Source: an uncultured Collinsella sp.
GTDB lineage: Bacteria; Actinomycetota; Coriobacteriia; Coriobacteriales; Coriobacteriaceae
Length of the DNA: 34,175 nucleotides
Reading direction: 5' to 3'
NCBI GenBank assembly: GCA_902494855.1
Contig: CABUVC010000001.1
Span: 1 to 34,175 of the forward strand
Shown here: one piece after another, positions 17,527 through 25,117 of the stretch
Layout: the number at the start of each line of letters is the position of its first letter
Numbering within the stretch: position 1 is the first letter of the stretch
Program-made: the position numbers and the translations under genes
Notes under the pieces: generated by a model
Database searches by the model: none
What the model was told of the DNA's origin: nothing
The model's input: only the letters and a program-made list of their open reading frames with translations

Positions 17527-19194
17527 ATGCCTACTGACATCGAAATCGCACGTTCTGTCACGCCGCTGCCTATTACCGAGGTGGCCAAGAACGCCGGCGT
17601 CGACGTTAAGCACCTTATTCCGTACGGCTTCGACAAGGCTAAGGTCGACTATTCACTGCTCAACGAGCCGACTGATCACCAGGCCAAGCTCGTCCTCGTG
17701 ACCGCTATCAACCCAACGCCCGCGGGCGAGGGCAAGACCACCACGACCATCGGTCTGGCCGATGGCCTGCGTCGTCGCGGTGTCAAGAGCGCCGTGGCCC
17801 TGCGTGAGCCTTCGCTCGGTCCCGTCTTTGGCGTCAAGGGCGGTGCCGCTGGCGGCGGTTGGGCCCAGGTCATTCCCATGGAGGACATCAACCTGCACTT
17901 TACCGGCGACTTCCATGCCATCGGTGCTGCCAACAACCTGCTGGCCGCCATGCTCGATAACCATATCCAGCAGGGCAATCAGCTCGGTATTGACGTTAAG
18001 CGCATCACCTGGAAGCGCGTCGTCGACATGAACGACCGTCAGCTGCGCCATGTTATCGATGGCATTGGCGGTAAGGCCCAAGGTGTGCCGCGCGAGGACG
18101 GCTTCGACATCACCGTTGCCTCCGAGGTCATGGCAATCCTGTGCCTGTCCACGAGCATCAACGATCTTAAGGAGCGCTTGGGCGAGATCGTTGTCGGCTA
18201 CAGCTATGCCGGCGAGCCCGTCCGTGCCCGCGACCTCAAGGCCCAGGGTGCCATGGCCGCGTTGCTTAAGGACGCGCTCAAGCCCAATCTGGTGCAAACG
18301 CTCGAGGGCACGCCCGCGTTTGTCCACGGCGGTCCCTTCGCCAACATTGCCCACGGCTGCAACTCTATCATGGCCACGCGTATGGCGATGCGCTTTGGCG
18401 ATGTTGCCATTACCGAGGCCGGCTTTGGCGCCGACCTGGGCGCCGAGAAGTTCCTCGATATCAAGTGCCGCATGACGGGCGTTCGCCCCAGCGCCGTCGT
18501 GATCGTCGCGACCGCTCGTGCGCTGAAGTACAACGGTGGCGTCGCCAAAGCCGACCTCAACGAGGAGAACCTCGAGGCACTCAAGGCTGGCATGCCCAAC
18601 CTGCTGCGTCACGTCGACAACATCCAGAACGTTTATGGTCTGCCCTGCGTGGTCGCCATCAACCGCTTTCCGACGGACACCGAGGCCGAGCTTGCGCTCA
18701 TCGAGTCCGAGTGCCAGAAGCTCGGCGTCAACGTTAAGCTTTCCGAGGTCTGGGCCAAGGGCGGCGAGGGCGCGCTCGAGCTGGCCGATGAGGTCATGCG
18801 TCTGATTGAGCAGCCGAGTGAGTTTAAGTTTGCCTATGAGGACGGTGCCGATGTGGCCGACGCTCTCGAGGCCATTGCCACCAAGGTCTACCGCGCCGAC
18901 GGCGTCGACTTTACGCCGGCCGCCAAGCGCCAGCTCGCCGAGCTGCGCGAGAACGGCTTTGGCAACCTGCCGGTGTGCGTCGCCAAGACGCAGTACAGCT
19001 TTAGCGACAACGCCAAGGCCCTGGGCGCTCCCGAGAACTTCCGCATCACGGTGCGTGAGCTCAAGGTTTCTGCCGGCGCCCACTTTGTGGTCGCACTGAC
19101 TGGCAGCGTTCTGACCATGCCGGGCCTGCCCAAGATCCCCGCGGCCGAAAACATCGACGTCGACAACGACGGCAACATCACCGGCCTGTTCTAA
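17527..19194 (+). CDS. fhs: Formate--tetrahydrofolate ligase
   Basis: [91 protein letters not shown]. Confidence 0.97.
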   Translation: MPTDIEIARSVTPLPITEVAKNAGVDVKHLIPYGFDKAKVDYSLLNEPTDHQAKLVLVTAINPTPAGEGKTTTTIGLADGLRRRGVKSAVALREPSLGPVFGVKGGAAGGGWAQVIPMEDINLHFTGDFHAIGAANNLLAAMLDNHIQQGNQLGIDVKRITWKRVVDMNDRQLRHVIDGIGGKAQGVPREDGFDITVASEVMAILCLSTSINDLKERLGEIVVGYSYAGEPVRARDLKAQGAMAALLKDALKPNLVQTLEGTPAFVHGGPFANIAHGCNSIMATRMAMRFGDVAITEAGFGADLGAEKFLDIKCRMTGVRPSAVVIVATARALKYNGGVAKADLNEENLEALKAGMPNLLRHVDNIQNVYGLPCVVAINRFPTDTEAELALIESECQKLGVNVKLSEVWAKGGEGALELADEVMRLIEQPSEFKFAYEDGADVADALEAIATKVYRADGVDFTPAAKRQLAELRENGFGNLPVCVAKTQYSFSDNAKALGAPENFRITVRELKVSAGAHFVVALTGSVLTMPGLPKIPAAENIDVDNDGNITGLF

Positions 19195-19219
19195 GCTCGC
19201 TGCTCATAGCCGCTTGCAC

Positions 19220-19256
19220 GCCCCGTCGCGCCTACCAAGGCCCGGCGGGGCCTTTT
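19220..19256 (+). terminator. Intrinsic terminator of fhs
   Basis: GCCCCGTCG...CGGCGGGGC stem followed by CTTTT. Confidence 0.75.
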
Positions 19257-19374
19257 GATCCTTAGGCCCGCGCATGTCTTGTAGATACCGACGGACTCTG
19301 CCCATCATAGGCTTTTGCGCGGGTAGAATGCATGGATAACTTGAGGCTCACGCGCGACGGAAAGGAATCGTTGC

Positions 19375-20361
19375 ATGGATCAGGACAAGACAACCGTGAT
19401 GGGCGGCTACGGTTCCGCACAGGCTGGCGGTAGCGCCGATGCGACCCACGTTGTTCCCAACCCCGGTTATGCCGACCCCGCCGCGACGCAGCCTTCTGCC
19501 GAGCCCACGCGAGTTATGGGCTATGGCGACTCGGCGCAGGATTCTTACGCTGCATCTTCGCAAGGCCCCTATGGCAACGCAGCTCCGGACCCGTTTGATT
19601 ACGCGCCGCAAGATTCTTATGCTGCCTCGACGCCGAATTCCTATGATGACCTGCCGCAAAATCCCATTCCGCAGCCTCAGCAGACGACGTATATGCCTCG
19701 CACGGCGCAGCCTCGCTACGAGTCGCGCGAGCCGTATCGCGAGTACCCCAAGTCGATTCCGCAATATGGCGAGGACGAGGAGAAGAAGCCATCGCGTTCG
19801 TCGAGCGTGATCAAGAAGATCATCATCGTGCTGGCGATCTTCTTTGCGCTGTCGGTTGTGTTTGCCATCGTGTCGGGCATGCTCAACAAGCGGGGCGCCA
19901 CGACCGATGCCACGACCGAGCAGGCCGAGACCACCCAGTCTGCTGCCGTCGACCTGAGCGATATCCCGGGACAGTACTGGTCCAACGCCAAGAAGCTCCT
20001 CAAGTCGCGCGGAGCCGACCTTTCGAACGCCGTGATCCTGACCGACGATGGCTCAACGCCCGTCATCGATTCCAACTGGGTTGTTACGAATGCCTACTAT
20101 AACGACAACGGCAACCTGGAGATTCAGCTCACGCACAAGAACAGCTATGGCAACTCGTCCGGCGGCCAAAGCGGTACCGACAGCTCGAGCTCCAATACGC
20201 TGGAGGACTTGAGCAACAAGGCGCAGGAGTTGGGAGATAAGGCGCTAGAGCTGGGCGATACGGCACAAAACCTGGGTGATACTGCTCAGAATCTGGGCGA
20301 TATGGCTACCAATGCCTGGGACGCGCTGCAAAACGGCATCTCGGGCGCGCAGGGAAACTAG
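19375..20361 (+). CDS. Single-pass membrane protein: disordered N-terminus, TM helix, PASTA-like ectodomain, heptad-repeat tail
   Basis: GAAAGGA RBS. TM segment KKIIIVLAIFFALSVVFAIVSGML; DIPGQYWSNAKKLL...DSNWVV resembles actinobacterial PASTA-like units; AQxLGD repeats. Confidence 0.7.
   Translation: MDQDKTTVMGGYGSAQAGGSADATHVVPNPGYADPAATQPSAEPTRVMGYGDSAQDSYAASSQGPYGNAAPDPFDYAPQDSYAASTPNSYDDLPQNPIPQPQQTTYMPRTAQPRYESREPYREYPKSIPQYGEDEEKKPSRSSSVIKKIIIVLAIFFALSVVFAIVSGMLNKRGATTDATTEQAETTQSAAVDLSDIPGQYWSNAKKLLKSRGADLSNAVILTDDGSTPVIDSNWVVTNAYYNDNGNLEIQLTHKNSYGNSSGGQSGTDSSSSNTLEDLSNKAQELGDKALELGDTAQNLGDTAQNLGDMATNAWDALQNGISGAQGN
20221..20325 (+). repeat. ~5 degenerate 21-bp coding repeats
   Basis: AQELGDK ALELGDT AQNLGDT AQNLGDM ATNAWDA. 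Confidence 0.7.
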
Positions 20362-20373
20362 CTGTTAAGCAGA

Positions 20374-21555
20374 CTACAGCTGCTCGGCCGGACGGTCGGG
20401 CGAGCTAAAGCCCGAGTCAAACGTAACGACGCATGAGGCATCGGGCCGGCGCTCGTGCACGATGCGCGTGACGAGCTCCAGCAGCTCTTCGTCGGATATG
20501 TCAAAGCCGTCGGGACGCACCAGGTCAAACGAAACGAACCCGTTGTGCTCGTGCAGATCGTGGATGGAGAGCGCGGGATCGATCTGCATGACGCCGCGCT
20601 TGACCCAGCCGCGCAAGTCATCGCCGGTTGTCGCGATGGGGTCGCAGTGCAGCGTGATACCAATGCCCATCTGGCGCTTGATGTCGTGCTCGATGGTGTC
20701 CAGAATCTCGTGGTGCTCAAACGCGTCGCCCTCGCCGGGCATCTCCACGTGGGCGCTGGCAAACTGACGACCGGGGCCGTAGTCGTGCACCATGAGGTCG
20801 TGTGTGCCCAAGACCTGCGGGTAGGACATGATCTTGTCGCGGATTGCCTGGACGAGCTTGGGGTCGGGCGCTTGCCCCAGCAACGGGCTGATGGCGTCGC
20901 GCACCAGGCCCAGACCGCTGATGCAGATGAAGATGCCCACACCCAGGCCTGCCCAGCCATCGAGATCAAAGCCGGTCGTCTGCGAAATAAGCGCCGCCAC
21001 CAAGACCGAGCCCGAGGTGATGACGTCGTTTTTGGAGTCCTGCGCCGTGGCGATGAGCGTCTCCGAGTCGATGCGATCGCCCAGCGTGCGGTTGAACGCT
21101 GCCATCCAGAGCTTAACGAGCATGGACGTAGCCAGTGCCGCAAGGGAAATAAACGTGTAAGCGGTGGGCAAGGGCTTGATGATCTTGGTGACCGACTCGA
21201 GAATCAGGTTGATGCCGACGGCGCAAACCAGGACGGCGACGAACAGGCCGGCTAGGTACTCGTAGCGGCCGTGACCATAGGGGTGGCCTTCGTCTGCCGG
21301 GCGGCTGGCAAGGCGGAAACCGAGCAGGCTCACAATGTTGCTCGAGGCATCGGAGAGGTTGTTGAAAGCGTCGGCGATGAGGGAGACGGAGCCGGCGAGC
21401 AGGCCCGCGATGCCCTTGGCCAGGCACAGGGTGATGTTGAGGCCAATGCAGACGAGGCTTGCGGAAAAGCCCGCGTTGGTGCGGCAAGATGCATCGACCG
21501 GCTCGCTCTCGCTGCCGGGAACAAGCGTATGTACCAGCCGATTTACAAATAGCAT
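20374..21555 (-). CDS. Cation diffusion facilitator transporter (ND-DD site, probably Mn2+ efflux)
   Basis: Start moved to ATG 21555 (GAGGA RBS). GS.SLIADAFNNLSD, RPAD.GHPYGHGRYE, DSKND, HDL.VHDYG, HCDP. Confidence 0.9.
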   Translation of the reverse strand: MLFVNRLVHTLVPGSESEPVDASCRTNAGFSASLVCIGLNITLCLAKGIAGLLAGSVSLIADAFNNLSDASSNIVSLLGFRLASRPADEGHPYGHGRYEYLAGLFVAVLVCAVGINLILESVTKIIKPLPTAYTFISLAALATSMLVKLWMAAFNRTLGDRIDSETLIATAQDSKNDVITSGSVLVAALISQTTGFDLDGWAGLGVGIFICISGLGLVRDAISPLLGQAPDPKLVQAIRDKIMSYPQVLGTHDLMVHDYGPGRQFASAHVEMPGEGDAFEHHEILDTIEHDIKRQMGIGITLHCDPIATTGDDLRGWVKRGVMQIDPALSIHDLHEHNGFVSFDLVRPDGFDISDEELLELVTRIVHERRPDASCVVTFDSGFSSPDRPAEQL

Positions 21556-21726
21556 AGCGGTCGTCCTCACAATCATGTTTAAGGGGATAGTGTAGCTCGC
21601 GCGGGGGCGCCGTGCACCGATGCTCAGAAAATGCAGCAATAGTCTGCCGGTGCTAACGAGCGAGCCTTCTCGTCTGCCTGGGTGGTCCATTTTGGGCCAC
21701 ATGGGTATGGGCATGTGCCTGCTTGC

Positions 21727-21745
21727 TCGACATACTTAATGTCGA
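21727..21745. promoter_or_regulatory. 7-5-7 palindrome in divergent promoter region (putative operator)
   Basis: TCGACAT-ACTTA-ATGTCGA, 28 nt upstream of ATG 21774. Confidence 0.4.
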
Positions 21746-21773
21746 CAGCCCCTGTGCAAAGGAGGACGTTTCC

Positions 21774-23111
21774 ATGGACGAGATGTTTGCCATTAAATGT
21801 CAAAACTGCGGCGGCCCTATGTACTCGCACCAGGCTAAGCGCAGCTTTGAGTGCGCCTATTGCGGCACGGTCGTTCCGTGGCAGGCTGATGCGGGGGAGC
21901 CCAAGAGCGCCCTGGGCATTCGCCATACGCCGCTAACGGTGGTGGATGGACTGCTCAAGCTCACGCATGTGTCGCAACTCGAGCGCCCGGAGGACCCGGA
22001 CTGGTATTTCTTCAATTCGCACTGGCGCAATCAGTCAGTTCTGGAACATCTGCTGTGGGAGGATCGCGGCACGGCGCAGGAGTTCCAAGAGGCCACGCAT
22101 GTGAGCATTCCTTGCCCCTTCTGTGGTGCGTCCTTTGAGGGCGAGTCGACCCAGCGCGTGTTTGAGTGCCCGTCCTGCGGCAACAAGATCGGCATTGCCG
22201 ACCTGCTCAAGCCGGGGACGTTTAGCAAGCGCCTGACCATGGGCGTAGGTGCGGAGTATGTACCTGGGCAGGGTATTCCCTGCGAAATCTCGCCGCAGCA
22301 GGCACGTGCCAGCGCACTGCAGCTGGTGCGCCAGTATGCGGAAGCCTTTGCCGGGCACGACGTGGAAGATGCGATCCAAAACGACATGATGCTCTTCTAT
22401 TTCCCCATGGCGCTGGCGGACCTGCGCATGATGGCGTCCTTCCCAGGCAAGGGCCTGAGCAAGGAGACCTTGGTGTACTACGAGGTGCTCGACTGGGCAT
22501 ACCCCAAGGCAAACTACCTGGACGTTCGCCTCATGGGCATTTTGGAGCCGTGGGACTTTGCCAAGGTTGGGCCGTTTGACCCGGCCATGCAGGAAGGTGA
22601 CTTTCGCGTTGTCTCCGTCGATGCGTCTACCAAGGACCAGGTGGTTATTGATAAGTTGGCGCTCGACGTTGCGGGCAACGACGCCGAGGCTGTACTGGGG
22701 CTCAATAAAAAGAGCATCCGCACGTGGGCATGCAAGGCCCGCAAGCACAAGGACGGCCTAGTTATGGTGCCAGTGTACTTTGTCGACCGTCCGGCAACGG
22801 ACAGCCGCGACGGCGAGCAGGTGCGCATCGCCGTAAACGGCCAGACGGGTCGTGCGGCCGCGGTGGTGTTTAGCGACAAGCGCGAAACGCATATCGTGGC
22901 GCCGCTCAGCTCGAGCCTGCATCTGTCCGGTGAGAGCACCGTGCACGCCACGCCCGTCGAGATCAAATATGTTAAATCACCCTTCCTGTACCAGATCGTG
23001 CGCCGTGGAGGCGGCGAGCAACCGCGCCAGGTTGCAGCGGTTGCCGAGGGTTCCTACCGAGAGGAGAAGCCCAAACGCCGCGGTCTGCTGGGTGCGCTAT
23101 TTGGGAAGTAG
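21774..23111 (+). CDS. Double zinc-ribbon (TFIIB-type-like) hypothetical protein
   Basis: AAGGAGG RBS. CQNCG...CAYCG and CPFCG...CPSCG; C-terminal VPVY...AVNGQTG; amphipathic tail RRGLLGALFGK. Confidence 0.75.
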   Translation: MDEMFAIKCQNCGGPMYSHQAKRSFECAYCGTVVPWQADAGEPKSALGIRHTPLTVVDGLLKLTHVSQLERPEDPDWYFFNSHWRNQSVLEHLLWEDRGTAQEFQEATHVSIPCPFCGASFEGESTQRVFECPSCGNKIGIADLLKPGTFSKRLTMGVGAEYVPGQGIPCEISPQQARASALQLVRQYAEAFAGHDVEDAIQNDMMLFYFPMALADLRMMASFPGKGLSKETLVYYEVLDWAYPKANYLDVRLMGILEPWDFAKVGPFDPAMQEGDFRVVSVDASTKDQVVIDKLALDVAGNDAEAVLGLNKKSIRTWACKARKHKDGLVMVPVYFVDRPATDSRDGEQVRIAVNGQTGRAAAVVFSDKRETHIVAPLSSSLHLSGESTVHATPVEIKYVKSPFLYQIVRRGGGEQPRQVAAVAEGSYREEKPKRRGLLGALFGK

Positions 23112-23210
23112 GGGAGCGGTGCTGGTTAGTCTTATGACGCGATAGCCAGGGATATGGGGCGGCTCTCAGGAGTGCGGGCTGCCGTCTGATTGTTTGAGGG
23201 TGCCAGATAT

Positions 23211-23250
23211 AAATAAACGGTGGAACGGCTGCAAAAGAGCCGCCCCACCG
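23211..23250 (-). terminator. Minus-strand intrinsic terminator
   Basis: On - strand CGGUGGGGCGGCU/AGCCGUUCCACCG (13 bp, two G-U pairs) followed by UUUAUUU. Confidence 0.65.
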
Positions 23251-23264
23251 GGTAAAATCAGGTT

Positions 23265-23358
23265 GTGCCGCGGAACCCGCTCCTCAGCTAGTCACACTTC
23301 GGAAGCGCGGGCAACGCAGGTATTATCGTCTAAAGGGCCGGCTGCAACCGGCCCTTTT
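23265..23358 (+). ncRNA. Candidate small structured RNA of unknown family
   Basis: GGG-TAAAAT -10 at 23253-23258; interrupted stem-loop 23265-23323; own terminator 23332-23358; no convincing ORF. Confidence 0.45.
23332..23358. terminator. Bidirectional intrinsic terminator
   Basis: AAAGGGCCGG-CTGCAA-CCGGCCCTTTT, perfect 10-bp stem. Confidence 0.8.
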
Positions 23359-23536
23359 CTGTGGCAGCCAATGGACCCACATCAGACGAAGGCCGCGTCT
23401 TTGCCTGTCAGGTCACGCTCGCCAGCCACGGCTAGAATGTCGTTGCCGGCGTCCATGACCGGTATTGTTTCGTAGCGTGCGTCGCAACCGCGAGTGCGCC
23501 TGCGACGGCTGCGGTGGCTTCGGTCGCAACGTGCTG

Positions 23537-24586
23537 CTACCCTTGCGTTTCGCCATTAGTCGCTTCGTTGATGGCGCGGTACTCGGCGCTCAGTTCGCGC
23601 GCCAGCTCTTCCTTGCTTGGAAGATACGGCAGGTATTTGGCGGCAAACACTTGGTCGTTGTCTTCGGGCAGCGTGTACTCGACAATCGAATCGCTTTTGT
23701 CCGCGCAGAGCACGATGCCTATGGGCGGATTGTCGCCTTCGTTCATGAGCTCGCGCGTGTAGTAGTTCACATACATTTGCATCTGGCCCAGGTCCTGATG
23801 CGTAAGGTCGTCCGTCTTAAGGTCGATGAGCACGAAGCAGCGCATCAGATAGTTGTAAAAAACAAGGTCAATATAGAAATGGCGCCCATCAAAGGTGATG
23901 CGCTTTTGGCGCGCCTCGAAAGCGAAACCACGGCCAAGCTCCAGCAGGAACTTCTGAAGATGCGTGATGAGCGCCTGCTCTAGATCGCTCTCGCGAAACG
24001 CAGTATCGTCCGAGAAACCTAAAAACTCCAGTACATATGGGTCGCGGATGATATCCTCGGGGCGACGAGCCGGGGCGCTCTTTTGGATTTCCTGGGTGAC
24101 GGCCTCCTTGTCCTTGCTGGCAAGTAGGCGCTCGCGGAACATGGTGTTGATCTGGCGTTCGAGCTGACGCGTGCTCCAACGAGAATCGGCGCATTCGTTC
24201 ATGTACCATGTTCGAGCATCAGGGTCGGTTATACGCGATAACCTGCGGTAATGTGTCCAATTCAATCCGGAACGCAGCGCGTTCCGGATTGGGAACGCAA
24301 GATAAAACTGACGCATGTATCTTAAGCTTCTGGCGTTGAAGCCTCTGCCGAAATCCTTAGTCAATCTAACGGCAAGTTCGTCGATCGGTGCATCGCCATA
24401 CTTGGCGCGCTCCTCTCCGCCCTGTTCATCAACAATACTCTTGCCGATCTCCCAATATGCCTCAACCATCGCAAAGTTAACAGCGGTATAGGCCTTGTCG
24501 CGAGCGGCGTTGAGAATCGAGGAGACCTGCTTGTAAAAACCTTCGGGCACGATTGCCGATTCTCCACGGTTTACCAGTTCGCCCAT
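23537..24586 (-). CDS. YhcG/DUF1016 family PD-(D/E)XK nuclease domain protein
   Basis: AVN..MV..YW.IG, YG, GF....L..MRQFY..FP, L.WTHY, WSTRQLERQI, DPY.LEFL, FLLELG.GFAF, YIDLVFY, LIDLK, GQM.MY, P.GIVLC. Start is ATG 24586 or GTG 24589. Confidence 0.92.
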   Translation of the reverse strand: MGELVNRGESAIVPEGFYKQVSSILNAARDKAYTAVNFAMVEAYWEIGKSIVDEQGGEERAKYGDAPIDELAVRLTKDFGRGFNARSLRYMRQFYLAFPIRNALRSGLNWTHYRRLSRITDPDARTWYMNECADSRWSTRQLERQINTMFRERLLASKDKEAVTQEIQKSAPARRPEDIIRDPYVLEFLGFSDDTAFRESDLEQALITHLQKFLLELGRGFAFEARQKRITFDGRHFYIDLVFYNYLMRCFVLIDLKTDDLTHQDLGQMQMYVNYYTRELMNEGDNPPIGIVLCADKSDSIVEYTLPEDNDQVFAAKYLPYLPSKEELARELSAEYRAINEATNGETQG

Positions 24587-24753
24587 CACTGTCGCCCCGC
24601 TTTCCTCTTGTGGAATGCATCTTTATCGAATTTAGTTTAAAGCCTCGCGCGGACACGAATTGCTGTGCTGTCTGACATCATCGCATGGGGCCTTGCGGTG
24701 ACTAAAATGTGGCCATAGGGACAGTTTTAACGAACCCCACGGGAGTGACGTGT

Positions 24754-25023
24754 ATGGACAGCAACACGCTGCTATTCCAGGACAAAGGTTCGGGTAGGTA
24801 TAAAGACGTCAAGATCTACCCTAACCGCATTGAGGTACTCAAGAAGGGCACTTTTGGCGGCAAGCACACCGAGATTGTCTACCTTAAGGACATTACGGGC
24901 GTCAATAGAATCAAAGGCCGCGATGTTTTTCTGCGCAATCGTCTGTTGACCGCTTGCGTCTTTAGCCTGAACAGCCGTGCGAAGGCCCAGGAGTTTGTTA
25001 ACGCGCTGAACATGGTGATGTAG
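24754..25023 (+). CDS. Small basic hypothetical protein (89 aa), possible bacterial PH-like fold
   Basis: GGGAG RBS. Beta-rich pattern VKIYPNRIEV..KGTFG...EIVYLKDITGV followed by a C-terminal helix AQEFVNALN. The fold call is inference. Confidence 0.6.
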   Translation: MDSNTLLFQDKGSGRYKDVKIYPNRIEVLKKGTFGGKHTEIVYLKDITGVNRIKGRDVFLRNRLLTACVFSLNSRAKAQEFVNALNMVM

Positions 25024-25047
25024 CCGATAGCGGCGTTCGGGCCAAGG

Positions 25048-25088
25048 TAAAAATCGGGGGCACAGAACGGTGTTCTGCGCCCCCGATT
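25048..25088 (-). terminator. Terminator between convergent genes
   Basis: AATCGGGGGCACAGAAC/GTTCTGCGCCCCCGATT 17-bp stem; the single mismatch is G-U on the - strand and the U-tract is on the - strand. Confidence 0.8.
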
Positions 25089-25117
25089 GAGTCGATGTGT
25101 CTAAAAGGCCGGCTTGC

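Noticed and set aside
23265..23330. SRP 4.5S RNA, tRNA or preQ1 identity for the candidate RNA
   Set aside because: No CAGG-GNRA-AGCA SRP helix, no cloverleaf or TTC-arm, no preQ1 A-rich tail, and no downstream gene on the same strand.
23383..23536. Possible gene remnant on the - strand after yhcG (EATAAVAGALAVATH / VMDAG, resembling ABC D-loop/H-loop or a sorting-signal helix)
   Set aside because: Motif spacing is far too short, needs a frameshift, and Ala/Val-rich strings arise easily in GC-rich DNA.
25065..25075. GAAC-GGT-GTTC as a second SOS box
   Set aside because: Spacer is 3 nt rather than 4, and it is the apex of a terminator between convergent genes.
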